Shown one piece after another: positions 43,173 to 56,986 of a stretch of 64,000 nt of DNA (position 1 is its first letter; every line of letters begins with the position of its first letter). The DNA comes from Octopus vulgaris. Lineage: Eukaryota. Under the pieces are notes generated by a model, which was not told the origin of the DNA, did no database searches, and saw only the letters and a program-made list of their open reading frames with translations. A program made the translations under genes and the position numbers. Where the stretch lies: the NCBI GenBank assembly GCA_951406725.2, contig OX597831.1:73904001-73968000 (forward strand). Direction: 5' to 3'.

Positions 43173-43754
43173 ATAGGAGAAGGAAAGATTCAGAGAAGGG
43201 AAGACAGAGGGAAAAAAAAGGTCGTGTGTGCCTATATGTGTATCTGTATATAATCACCGATCATGTACAGTGAGTACACATTTTTCATGTAGATTCTTTT
43301 ACACCATAAACAACCACGAACACACACACACACGTTCATTAATGTGCACGTTTATGCATGTGTGCACGCTGTCATAAATACTGCATGTTTAGCTGTAAGT
43401 AATGCACATGCATCTGTTAATTCACTTTGCACCGTAAAATGAACACAAGCAGCAGCAGCAACAACAGCAGGAGCTATAACAATCATCATCGTCCCTCGTC
43501 GTCGCCGTCATCATCATCACCACCACCACCACCACCACCACCACCACCACCACAACCATAATCCTCCTCCTCCTCATCATCAGCTGCTGCTGCTGCTGCT
43601 GTAGAAAATGTATGATATGCAGCGGCAATAGCAGCAGTATCTGCAGCAGCTGCAGCTGCATGTGCTGTGCGGTTTCCATTCCTAACCTCGACCTCTACTC
43701 AACCGCATAACAAACGTTGATTTCTAAAAGTCAAGGAATACGGTTCACTCATCT

Positions 43755-43937
43755 ATCACCACCACCACCGCCAATACCACCACCACCACCACCACCACCA
43801 CCACCACCACCACCACCACCACCACCACCACCACCACCACCACCACCACCACCACCACCACCACCACTACCGCCAATACCACCACCACCACCACCATCAC
43901 AACCGCCAATACCACCACTACCACCACTACCACCACC

Positions 43938-43968
<31 letters not shown>

Positions 43969-44270
43969 GCAACCGTGAAAACTACAACCCCAACAATAAT
44001 ACAATCACTACCACCACCACCACCACCACCACCACCAATACCACCTTCGTCACAATCACCACCGCCACTATTACCACCGCCACTATTACCTCCGCCATCG
44101 TAGTAACAACCAACGTAATCTCCACCAGTAATCCCCCACAACTATAATGGTACCAACAACAACAACAATACCAACGCTGCTACCATCCCACCACCACCAC
44201 CACAACCACCACCACCACCACGACTACTACCACCAACATTAACACCAACAACAACAACAACAACAACTGC
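43755..44270. repeat. (CAC)n/(CAA)n trinucleotide block
   Basis: Directly visible; explains the poly-P/G/V ORFs. Confidence 0.95.
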
Positions 44271-44320
44271 ATCATTCCCACAATGCATCATGTAAAATCG
44301 TCGTTGCGTATTCATTGGTC

Positions 44321-44391
<71 letters not shown>

Positions 44392-45160
44392 TTATATATA
44401 TTTATATATTTATTTATTAATTTATTTTGTTAATTAGTAAGTTCCGCTTCATTTTCTCTCATCAGTGAGCTGAGAGACCTAAATACACACCTAAGCTCTC
44501 AACGCCACCACGACCACCACCACTATCTCTCCTTACTTCTTCCTTTTCCTCCTCCTCCTCCTCTTTTCCAATCTGTTTACTTTTCCTCCAATGCTCTCCC
44601 TCACCCCCCACCCGCCTCCCCCACTGGGCTCCTACCTTGTTTTCTGCCAAATTGTCAAACAATAAGACTTGTTTGGTCTTTATTTGTCTTAACTGACAGT
44701 TGGCAGCAATGGCGGCCGAACGAGGAGGAAAAACGAACGGAGATGCCGAGAAGACGGGATGGGATGTGACGGCCTGAACCTTTGCATGTGGAGTAGTGGT
44801 GATGGTGGTGGTGGTGTTGGTGGTGGTGGTAGGGGAGGAGGTAGGGTGTGAGAAGAAAAGAAGAAAGAAAAAAAAACGGAATGATGATTATTTGTAAGAT
44901 AATTAATGAACGAAATAAACAAAGCAGAATAACAGAACCGAAGAAGGAAGTGAAGTAAGTGTTGTGTGCGCGTGTGTGTGTGTGTGTACATAAACATGTA
45001 TGTGTACAAAAACACACATACATATATATATACACACATACATATATGTGTGTGTGTGTGAGTTTGTATACATACATGTTTATATATATATAAATACATG
45101 TACACACATATGTATATAGATATACACATATATACACACATATATATATACGTATATCTG

Positions 45161-45221
<61 letters not shown>

Positions 45222-45402
45222 ATATGTGCATATATATATATATACATATACATATATATATATATATATATAATATATATGTATATATATATACATATAT
45301 AATATATATATATATATATGTTTATGTATATATATATATATATATATTTGAGGGGCTAACAAGTTCAAAGAAATTATGTTGGGTTAATTAGAATAAAGAA
45401 CA

Positions 45403-45446
45403 AGTTTACGAAAAGCCATAGGCGAAACAATATATTTTGTCGAACT
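45403..45446 (+). ncRNA. Degenerate hammerhead motif
   Basis: agttt-ACGAAAA-gcc(ata)ggc-GAAA-caa(tatatt)ttg-TC-gaact; all three stems pair, core has three substitutions. Confidence 0.5.
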
Positions 45447-45523
45447 AATGATTATGCTTTAAATGTTTATATTTGTATGTATACATGCATATATGTATAT
45501 ATGTATGCATAAATACGTAAATA

Positions 45524-45568
<45 letters not shown>

Positions 45569-45616
45569 ACACATATATATATTCGGAGACATACACACAT
45601 ATATGCGTATGAAAGA

Positions 45617-46016
45617 CCGTGGTCACTATTGACCTGACGAGTAAAACTGACATCATGTTGGATCGTTTAATATTTACAGGTGGTACTGCGGTTCCCATGA
45701 TCCTTTTCGAGGGTTCTTGGTTATAGGGAGAGGGTGTGGGGCTACTTATCCTTAAACCGGAAACAGCCTCCAACTTTATAACGGTGTTGGATTTTACTGT
45801 TGAGCCATTATTCTTGTAATACAGCGTTGAAACAGCATCAGATGGGGATTGGATGGCAACGAATGAAAGAACTGTAAATTCTTTGTGTTCAACAAGACAA
45901 CGTGACTGACGTTCTACCGAAACCAATTCTGGCAGCGAAACATGACATAATTCCAAAACAAACAGAACTAAAAGAATTCCATTATAACGTGTTATTGAAA
46001 CAAGGAAACCCTCCAT
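45617..46016 (-). CDS. Unassigned ORF in unique sequence, possible exon
   Basis: About 130 open codons of non-repetitive sequence starting MEGFLVSITRYNGILLVLFVLELC; no family recognised; runs into a (TG)n tract. Confidence 0.2.
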
Positions 46017-46430
46017 CTTTCTCCCTGTCGCCTTCACCGCCCACCTGCCGCCATTTTACAATATGGCTAACTTGCCGTTTTCTATGTAATCCCTGTAGAT
46101 TCCGAGAAGAGAAAATGTAGCTAACAAATATTTCGACATACAAAAATAATAACAACAACAACAAAAAAAAAAAACTGAACCAAGAATAAATAAAATAAAT
46201 GAATAAATAATTAAAGAAAAAGTAATTATTTAACAGGGTTTTGTTTCTCGATCAACGATGTTTTCTAACCTGTTTTGTTTGAACACTTCCGTTTCATTGA
46301 ATTAGAAGTGTTGGCATAATGCGCATGTCACTGCCGTGTCTCAAAGGAAAGGCCATACATAGTGTTAAAACAAACGTACACACACACACACACATACACA
46401 GACACACACACAGACACACACACAGAGACA

Positions 46431-46499
<69 letters not shown>

Positions 46500-46585
46500 C
46501 TGAGTGAATGTGTGTGTATATGTATATATACATAATGTATGTATGTACGTATATGTGTGTGTGTGTGCGTGTGTGTGTTTGTGAA

Positions 46586-46866
46586 GGCACATGGCTTAAT
46601 GGTTAGGGTGTTAAACTCACGATTGCGAGATCGTCAGTTCGATTCCCAGACAGGGCGTTGCCTTGTGTTTTTGAGCAAATGATTTCGTTTCACGTTGCTC
46701 TGCGATCATTTCGTCATCTGACAAGTGGCACATGGTACACCTGTGCAGGTAATGTCGATTTGATGGCAGGAATGAGCTTTTGTGTACACAAACAATTGAT
46801 CACTATAAACAAATCCTCTGTTCGGTTGATTGGCAAGAAATTGTCGAACCTTCATACGTCGTCGAA
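46586..46866 (+). mobile_element. tRNA-derived SINE, diverged (related to 53992 and 55471 copies)
   Basis: GGCACATGGCTTAATGGTTAGGG...GTTCGATTCCCAGAC...TTGTGTTTTTGAGCAA...TTTCACGTTGCTC. Confidence 0.75.
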
Positions 46867-46940
46867 CATATATGTGCGCGCGCGCGTATTAAGTAAACAC
46901 AAATGGCGTCTATGTTATCGTACCTAGCCATTGCTGGCCG

Positions 46941-47054
46941 TCCTGCGTATTGATGTACCTTGATTCTAATGACTCTTTATAACTTAATTATATATATATA
47001 TATATAATTAAATTATAAAGAGTCATTAGAATCAAGGTACATCAATACGCAGGA
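46941..47054. repeat. 114-bp near-perfect palindrome centred on (TA)n
   Basis: TCCTGCGTATTGATGTACCTTGATTCTAATGACTCTTTATAA and its reverse complement; one mismatch near the centre. Confidence 0.96.
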
Positions 47055-47358
47055 TATATATATATATAAAATTAAAGTCAAAATAAGGGTGAAAAAATTG
47101 GATATTAATTTAATAACATCAATTTAACACCAAGTGGTCTAGCGCATAAAAGACTGAGATTCAGTAAATATTATTAATACACAAATATGAGAGAGAATCC
47201 ACTATGTGGACGCTCTTACGCTAGAGATAGATCGGCAAGGGTCTCAACCACAAAGGATTGTTCTCAAGAAAAAATTTAGCACACTAAGAACGTAAGCGAG
47301 CAGGACAAATGAAAAATAACACGAAAATATAGATTAACCTCATACAATTGTTTCACTG

Positions 47359-47448
<90 letters not shown>

Positions 47449-47467
47449 ATTATGTAACTATACATAT

Positions 47468-47680
47468 TCTTTTACTCTTTTACTCTTTTACACGTTTCAG
47501 GCAATTGACTGCGGCTATGCTGGAGTACCACCTTTAGTCGAACAAATCGACCCCAGGACTTATTCTATTGGTTTCTTTTGCCGAACAGTTAAGTTTCGGG
47601 GACATAAACACAAACACACCAATATGGGTTGTTAACCGATGGACGGGCGGGGGGGGGGGAACAAACACAGACATACACAC

Positions 47681-47741
<61 letters not shown>

Positions 47742-48031
47742 GTCGGCGTGAGATATGTCATCGCAGAGTATACTCGCAGCAAGTATAGATGGGCTGGACA
47801 CGTCGCCCGGCTCACCGATAATCGGTGGACGCACGCAGTTGTCGAGTGGTGCCCGCGCGAGCGGAAAAGACCACCCGGAAGACCTCCACGACGGTGGAGT
47901 GACGATTTCAAGAGGACGATTGGGATCACGGGGATGAGAAAGGCGCGATCCAGAGAGGAGTGGACAGCGTGCTGTGACCAGCGGTGTCAAATGGACGCTT
48001 GACGGACTGGTCGGTCAAAGTGATCAAAGTG

Positions 48032-48080
<49 letters not shown>

Positions 48081-48246
48081 CATACACACGCACACACGAT
48101 GGGATTCTTTCAGTTTCCGTCTACCAAATTCACTCATAAAGTTTTGGTCGGCCCGAGAGGCTATAGTTGGAGACACAAGTCCAAGGTGCCATGCAGTGGG
48201 ACTGAACTCGGAACCATGTGGTTGGGAAGCAAGCTTCTTACCACAT
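47468..48246 (-). mobile_element. SINE family A interrupted by an RTE fragment
   Basis: SINE 3' half at 47468-47685 and 5' half at about 48095-48246 flank the insert. Confidence 0.85.
47739..48033 (+). mobile_element. RTE-clade LINE 3' end, 5'-truncated
   Basis: KYRWAGHVARLTDNRWT...EWCPRERKRPPGRPPRRWSDD, stop at 48000-48002, short tandem tail (CAAAGTGAT)2. Confidence 0.92.
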
Positions 48247-48774
48247 ATATATGCATGGATATGTATAAGTATATATATACATATATATATACATATCTAT
48301 GCATACATACTCATGATAACACAAATACGAACAACAAAGAAATCGTTACGCTGGAAACTGCTAGAAATAGCAGTCACATGTCACATATCAACCATCCGCC
48401 CAAAGAAAAGTGTACATTAAATAATTCAGTGTCTGTTCCCCTAAAAAAGGAGAGTGTCACGACTAGAACTCATTTGGACGAAGTCTGCAGCATCAGGATT
48501 GACTTTTGGCTAAATAATAATAGAAATAACAACAGCAGAAATAGCAAGAACACCAAGAGAGAGACGCTGGCTGATAAGGACTTCCGGTGAATAATTGTCA
48601 ATTGTGTATGACTGTTATATCGATACTTTTTACATCATCGCCGCCATTTTGCATGGGAAGCATAGTTTTAAGAGACATAGATATATATATATAGACATCA
48701 GAAAGTAGAGAGATAGACAAACTGATGGGTAGATTGACAGACAAGCAGATAGATATGTAAATAGACAGACACAC

Positions 48775-48833
<59 letters not shown>

Positions 48834-48854
48834 GAGATAGAGAGATAGATAGAT

Positions 48855-48915
<61 letters not shown>

Positions 48916-48926
48916 CAGACAGAAAT

Positions 48927-48968
<42 letters not shown>

Positions 48969-49570
48969 GGATGGATAGATAGATAGCCAAACAAACAGAG
49001 AGAAAGGAAGAGATAGACAGAAGACAGATGTATAGATAAACAGATAGAAATACAGATAGACAAATACAGACAAATAAATTGATTAATGGACAGACAGACG
49101 GACAAATGGATAGATCGTTAGATACAAAAATAGATAGGTGGATTAAGCGACAGAGTGAGATAGACAAACAGACAGACAGAGCGACAGACAGAAAGACCGA
49201 CAAGTAGACAACCAGAAACCTGACTCAGAGACTTTATTACCTGATTAGTCCCGTTTGTTTCCTTTGCTCTCTGTCTCAGTTGGTGACCATTTTAATTATA
49301 AATCACTGGTATATTTAAAATTGTTCAACGATAACCATAACTTTTTCTGGTTTCCTTCTCTCTATAGTTTAGAGAGTTCCTTCACCAACACACACACACA
49401 GACACGGAAACGCACACACACACACACACACACACACGTTTACATACATAAATATGTACATACATACACATGCATATTTTGTATATACATATAAAAATAA
49501 ATACCCACGCACATCGATGGATATATATATATATATATACATGCATTTACATACATACATACACACATAC

Positions 49571-49602
<32 letters not shown>

Positions 49603-49749
49603 GTGTGTGTACATACACACACATGCATACATATAGCTAATAATATCTATCTATAAGGCAAGTATGCACACACAAATATATATATGTATGTATATATGTA
49701 TGTATGTATTATGTATGTATGCATGTATGTATGTATGTATGTATGTATG

Positions 49750-49785
<36 letters not shown>

Positions 49786-49794
49786 TTCCAAACA

Positions 49795-49858
<64 letters not shown>

Positions 49859-49869
49859 TTCCAAACATG

Positions 49870-49908
<39 letters not shown>

Positions 49909-50029
49909 TTATGTAAGTGCATGTGTATCTGTCTATAATTATATGTATATAAACGTGTGTGTGTGTGTGTAAACACACACACACACACACACATATACAT
50001 ATAATTACGATAGTTATTACTAGGGACCA

Positions 50030-50258
<229 letters not shown>

Positions 50259-51091
50259 AATTTTCTGTTTATGAATATTATTACTGATGACGGGCAAACT
50301 TTACAACTGAGTCAGACGTAAGACAAACAGACAGATTAGGAGAATAGATAGAGAGAGAGAGGGAGAGAGATTGAGGGAGAGAGAGAGAGAGAGAGATGGT
50401 TTGTCCCTTTAAACCATTTATTCTAATTTCTCTTATGTTCCACTTATGAGAGGAATAATTCCTAGTCGGTGCTGCCCCCTATTGTTTTCTGTCTTCATGC
50501 AAGTCTTCCGGTAATTAGTGTTCGATCCCTCTCTATACCTCTCAGCGTATTAAAAGACGGCGGGGTGCAGGCTGTTTCGGACTGTACATGTGAGATGCGA
50601 CTTCCGGTAGTATCCAGATTTGTGTGTGTGTGTGCGCGCGTGCATATGCGCGTATAAATAGTTACATAGATATTGTGTGTATATATAGATAAACACATAA
50701 ATACATATACGCACACACACACACATATAAATACGTATTTGAAATAATTGGTGTATGTATGTATGTATGTATGTATGTATGTATGTATGTATGAGTATGT
50801 ATGTATGTGCATGCATGTATGTATCTGTCTATCTACCTAACTGCCTGTCTATATACATATATATATATATATATAATTAATATATGTGTATACATATATA
50901 TATATATACATATATACATACACGCTTGCATATACACACACACGTTCACATATACACACATACATACATATAGTTGCACATATACATACGCGTATATATA
51001 TATATATGTATATATATACACGTATATATACAAATATAGATGCGTATACATACATACAAACATATGTATGTATGTATGTATACATATATAT

Positions 51092-51280
51092 CTTACTCTT
51101 TTATTTGTTTCAGTTATTTGACTACGGCAATGCTGGAGCACCGCCTTTTAGTAGAATAAATCGACTGCAGGACTTATTCTATCTTTTGCTGAACCACTAA
51201 GTTATGGGGACGTAAATATGCCAACATCGGTTATCAGGTGATGGTGGTAGAAACACAGACACAGAAATAAATAATGTATG

Positions 51281-51370
<90 letters not shown>

Positions 51371-51386
51371 TATATAAATATATATT

Positions 51387-51446
<60 letters not shown>

Positions 51447-51622
51447 TACATATATACATATACACGACGGGCTTCTTTAAGTTTCCGTCTACCAAATCCA
51501 CTCACAAAGCTTTGGTCGGCCCGAGGCTATAGTAGAAGACACTTGCTCAAGGTGCCACGCAGTGAGACCGAACCCGGAATCCATGGGGTTGCGAAGCAAG
51601 CTCCTCACCGCGCAGCCACTCC
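51092..51622 (-). mobile_element. SINE family A with expanded internal (TA)n
   Basis: Both halves homologous to family A. Confidence 0.85.
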
Positions 51623-52038
51623 TTATTACTAATAATAAGGATTACTAAGAAGTTGCTTAGTATTACCTTTAATCCTTTAACTCATATAACGCCTTCCATA
51701 GACTTTACACACACACACACAAACATACACATACACATATATATATATATATACATACACACACATATACATATATACATACATGCACACGCGCGCACAC
51801 ACACGCACATACATATAGTTGCACATATACACACGCGTATGTATGAACCCCCTCATTCGCACCCAGATTTATACAGGACTTTTTTTTTATTATTATTTTT
51901 CACCAAAATTACTCAATATATATATTTATTTATTGTTCACAGGTGGCACTTCCTCCCTGTGTTAGTCGGAGTTGTCCGCTGTTGATTTTCGTTCAAGCGA
52001 CGAATATAGACGGCACCAAGGGCAACCAATAAACTTAC

Positions 52039-52135
<97 letters not shown>

Positions 52136-52155
52136 CACGCACATACATATATTTG

Positions 52156-52267
<112 letters not shown>

Positions 52268-52369
52268 GGAGTAAACACATAAATGTGAAACAAGGTGGAA
52301 AAAAGAGTACTCAAATACCAGTGGTAGAGTAATATGCTTTATTTAAAGCAGCAGAAAATTCAACAAAAC

Positions 52370-52407
52370 CTGTTACTCTGAGTTTCACGTTCCCGTTCGT
52401 CGGACAG
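52370..52407 (-). ncRNA. Minimal hammerhead motif, U4C variant, in an element with an inverted partial copy
   Basis: Minus: ctgt-CCGACGA-acg(ggaa)cgt-GAAA-ctc(a)gag-TA-acag; 52335-52398 is inverted at 52417-52480. Confidence 0.8.
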
Positions 52408-52477
52408 TTTTTGCTAGAACGGGAACGTGAAACTCAGAGTAACAGGTTTTGTTGAATTTTCTGCTGATTTAAATAAA

Positions 52478-52521
<44 letters not shown>

Positions 52522-52780
52522 ACATATGTATGTGTATGTGTATGTGTGTGTGTGTGTGTGTGTACGTACACAGACATACATATAGCTGTGTGGGTGTCTG
52601 CTGTGCGTTTATGAAACACTGAATATCAGAATATGTGTGTGAAAAGGTAAAATTAATCTAAAAACATTTGAAAAAATATGTAGACTGACACAGACGTGAG
52701 GGAAGAAAATATTTTCCTACCAGCGCTTTTCCCGTCATTAGCTTTTCAGACTTAGACGTGGTTTCTTCCCAATTCTAAAC

Positions 52781-52834
<54 letters not shown>

Positions 52835-53457
52835 GAGGGTGAGGGAGAGAGAGTGGGGAGAGAGGTAGAGAGGGGGAGAGAGGGAGAGAGAGTCGGGGGT
52901 AGGATTGAGCAAATCTACTTTTTTTCCGTAATACTACCGTTGTTTCATCTCGACTTTACTAGCAGATTATTGCTGACGTTGTATAATATATATGTGTATA
53001 GCATACTGTTCCGTGAACCTAAGATCAACAAGAAAAAATGTACTCCATCTGGTGAGAGATAAATATTGTTTAATGAACACAGTATATATTTTTATGCGCC
53101 ACTGATAGTTTCATGCGATGAAAAATGAAATACAGCATTTTATAAGGCGGATAGTGCTTTCACACAATCTTCTGACTGAGCTCACATGGCATAAACGATA
53201 TAAAACCGGATAATAGAATAAGAGGAAATACGAGAGAAAGCGAGAAGATAGATATGAAAGGAAAAGGAAAAAGAAAAGATAAAGGGAAAGAATTAGACTT
53301 ATGACCTCTTTGACCGTAAAGCCATAATAAGGCTGACCGGATAGGGATCTAGAGCCTGCGGTACAGCCACTCAATCGGGGAGGGTGGTATTTTCTAATTC
53401 ACCACTAGGAACTTATTCATATGTTTACATCTGCTGAAAAAAATTCAAATCTAGAAT

Positions 53458-53830
53458 TCAGCAGTTCGATGGTGCTCTTAGTTCTGAAAAAGATCTGCGA
53501 TCTTTCAGTTGCGCATAACTTGTTTTCTTATCCATTAACATATGGCATCGATTTTTCAACTTGATTGTATGTAATGTGACGTTAGATGTAAAATCCCATA
53601 CAGGGACATCTAACTTAGTGGCTTTACTTTTGTTCTTGTGCTGAAGGGACAATAAGTGGTTAGCAGAGCGATGTTTTAAGTCACTTTCACATAACCCCAT
53701 GTAACTCTTCTTTTTGGCTATGTTATCAAGTAGCGTTGTCATAACTTCTGCCTCATATATGACGGATTTAATTATGCACCTCCGATCGAGTGGACAAGTT
53801 CCTGGGTTTCGACAATTACAACTGGGAGTA
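53458..53830 (-). pseudogene. Second Penelope-like GIY-YIG remnant, different lineage from 34420
   Basis: Frame extended upstream of the listed ORF reads SCNCRNPGTCPLDRRCIIKSVIYEAEV...SYMGLCESDLKHRSANHLLSLQH...VW; 5' end lies near a (TA)n tract. Confidence 0.82.
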
Positions 53831-53870
53831 GGCTATTGGTGGTGTTTGCGTGCAATGCTGCTCTTCATAT

Positions 53871-53923
<53 letters not shown>

Positions 53924-53991
53924 GGACGCACGGACGCACGCACGCATACACACACTCACACATACACACAATATGTATGTAAATACGTAAA

Positions 53992-54220
53992 GGCGCGTAG
54001 CTTAGTGGTAAGCGTGCTGCCCTCACCATCAGAATAACGTTGTTTCGATTCCCAGACAACGCTGCGTTGTGTTCTTGAGGAAAACACTTTATTTCACGTT
54101 GCTCCAGCCAACTCACCTGTAAATGGATGAAACAGGTAGCGGATTGGTTAAAACAATGCGGGGAAGCACATTGTGACCAGCGGGGTATCGCAATATTGGA
54201 TAGCTTGATCGAAACAGTGA
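53992..54220 (+). mobile_element. tRNA-derived SINE, diverged
   Basis: GGCGCGTAGCTTAGTGGTAAG...TTTCGATTCCCAGAC...GTTGTGTTCTTGAGGAAAACACTTTATTTCACGTTGCTCCAG. Confidence 0.75.
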
Positions 54221-54629
54221 TTATATACACATATATGAAATTGGAATACAATACCAATCGTTGTTACTAGGATTCCATACAATCCCACTGATCCTATCAG
54301 TTAACACACATCAACTGGAAGTCGTCACCAGTGTCAAGGTAAAACTATTAATAAGTCGTATCCATCTGTTTATATAAAATATAATTTGACGGTGGCGTCA
54401 AGCTAGAATGGTTGACCATTTTCTGTGGCAGTGAAATGCTTCTTCCCCAATTAGTTTCAGTGTAGAGTCATTGGAAATAAAACCACAAAACCAATTTCTT
54501 TTTAATGGAAGCGAAATAAATAGTGTGTTGCATACAACTTCGCATAGTCATAGTTCTTGATTATTTAACTTCGTCTAGTCTGAAGAAGCAGAGAAGATCT
54601 GCCTAGGGACTAATTCCTTATCTACGTAC

Positions 54630-54677
<48 letters not shown>

Positions 54678-54709
54678 GCGCGCGTGTGCGTATGTATGTG
54701 TCTATGGAG

Positions 54710-55165
54710 GTATGGTAACATGTAACCCTGTACAACGTGTTGCATGGTCGGGTCGTCGGCGACTAAACCGTCAACCCCACCAAGCTTGCTTAGTGAGGAG
54801 GGTGTTTATTGGACACTCTGCGGGATGAAAAACAAAACCCGTCAAAGGGCGGAGGAACTCTTGAGAGTCAACGGCCATCCAATAAATGTCTTAAAGCTGT
54901 ATCATGAGCGAGGACATAGAAATAATCGGACTGAATACCCGACCGCGCGGTTAAACCTTTGTTAGGGCATCCTTCTAGGAGAAGGTAACTCGGGTAACTG
55001 GGATAACTCCGACATAAAACCTTCGGCTCAGTGGTTACCGATGATGTTGACTTGTTCTTCTTTTCGGATCATGGCTGCTGTTGCTTAGTGAGTGGGATTG
55101 ACTCAGTGCACAGCCTTTCCTCACTTAAAAAAATATCTTCTTGCACAGGCATTGCACGATAACAA
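54710..55165 (+). mobile_element. Probable 5' UTR of an RTE-like LINE
   Basis: GGCATCCTTCTAGGAGAAGGTAACTC resembles an RTE 5'-UTR motif (from recall); no ORF follows. Confidence 0.45.
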
Positions 55166-55260
55166 CATTGATTAAGCTTCGCGCAATGGCCATACTCGAT
55201 AACGAGGGGCAGCCACCATGTAGGTATGGATATATGTATGGATGGATGTGTGTATGTGTA

Positions 55261-55311
<51 letters not shown>

Positions 55312-55352
55312 ACATATATACATACATATATATATATCTATATATATATATG

Positions 55353-55393
<41 letters not shown>

Positions 55394-55403
55394 GCATATA
55401 CAT

Positions 55404-55470
<67 letters not shown>

Positions 55471-55471
<1 letters not shown>

Positions 55472-55768
55472 TAAGGGTAAAGACCCTCTTCGATCATGAA
55501 TGGCCATGAGATTGCACCTAGAAACTTCCCCTCCGAGGCATAAGTCCGAGCAAGGTTGTTTATGGAAGACCAGTAGCCGCCAAGGGAAAGGCTAAGGGCG
55601 ATACAGCTTGGCACCAGTGACGTCGCAACTCATTTCTACAGCTGAGTGAACTGGAGTAACGTAAAATGAAGAGTCTTGCTTAAGAGCACAATACACAGCC
55701 TGGTCCAGGAATTGAACTCACTACCTCATGATTGGGATCCCGACGCTCTAAAATACTGAGCCATGCGC
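55471..55768 (-). mobile_element. tRNA-derived SINE
   Basis: Minus head GCGCATGGCTCAG...GAGTTCAATTCCTGG followed by CTCCAGTTCACTCAGCTGTAGAAATGAGT. Confidence 0.8.
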
Positions 55769-55842
55769 ATATATATTATATACATATGTATATGATATAT
55801 AAATAGAAAGAGGAATAAATAGAGACAGACAGACAGACAGAC

Positions 55843-55894
<52 letters not shown>

Positions 55895-56070
55895 TTGGTG
55901 ACTACGACTTGTTTATAGAAGGCGGCCATCATTTCGATTTGTAAATACTGGCATGAGATTTCATGTGACTAACAAGTCCGGTTTCGGACAAACAAACCCT
56001 AGTGCAAATGATAGATAGAAAGATAGATACCTACCTACCTACCTACCTACCTACCTACCTACCTACCTAC

Positions 56071-56126
<56 letters not shown>

Positions 56127-56151
56127 ATATCCATCTATCTATCTATCTATA

Positions 56152-56203
<52 letters not shown>

Positions 56204-56389
56204 GATATACACGCAAACACATACACACAGAAATATACACACACACACGCACACATATTTTAAAAACAAAAAAAGAATTATTTAAGAAATTAACAATGCA
56301 AAAAAAGTAAGAATATGTTGCAGTCACTTTAAAAAAGGAACTTCTCAAAGAAATTTTCTCTAACAATTCCCTTCTTTTTGTCGTTTGTC

Positions 56390-56496
<107 letters not shown>

Positions 56497-56847
56497 TGTA
56501 TGTATGTATGTATGTATGCATGTATGTATGTATGTATGTATGTATGTGTGTGTTTGTGTGTGTGTATGTGTGTGCGCGCGCGTGTGTATACAGGGCTGGC
56601 CAAAAGTCACCTGACAGTAAATCAAAATTCCATTAATACTATGTGTATTGACTCGAATGGGAAAACGTGTCGCTGAAGAAGGACTTCAGTTTGAACAAAT
56701 TTCGTGATGTTTCATATTCAGATGCTTTTATTATATTCATTCAGTTGTTAAACATAAATGAATTTTTTTCTCTTCGTGTTACTTTCTGTTGTTTATACAC
56801 TTGTTGTTTATACACTGGTCTTCGTCTTTGGTTTTTCGGTAAAAATC

Positions 56848-56905
<58 letters not shown>

Positions 56906-56913
56906 GTAAAAAA

Positions 56914-56986
<73 letters not shown>

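Noticed and set aside
43422-43679. METAQHMQLQ...poly-Q/poly-C ORF
   Set aside because: Mosaic of trinucleotide repeats with no domain or clear splice support.
49780-49872. GTTATTCCAAACATGAA twice, separated by (TA)n
   Set aside because: Slippage duplication with only two units; not CRISPR-like.
54710-54785. Possible HDV-like ribozyme at the RTE-like 5' end
   Set aside because: Could not build P2 and P3 by eye.
56591-56705. Tc1-like end TA|CAGGGCTGGCCAAAAGTCACC and weak CTGAAGA-a-ggac/gttt-GAAC
   Set aside because: No partner TIR seen, and the HHR-like part lacks GAAA and a convincing stem III.
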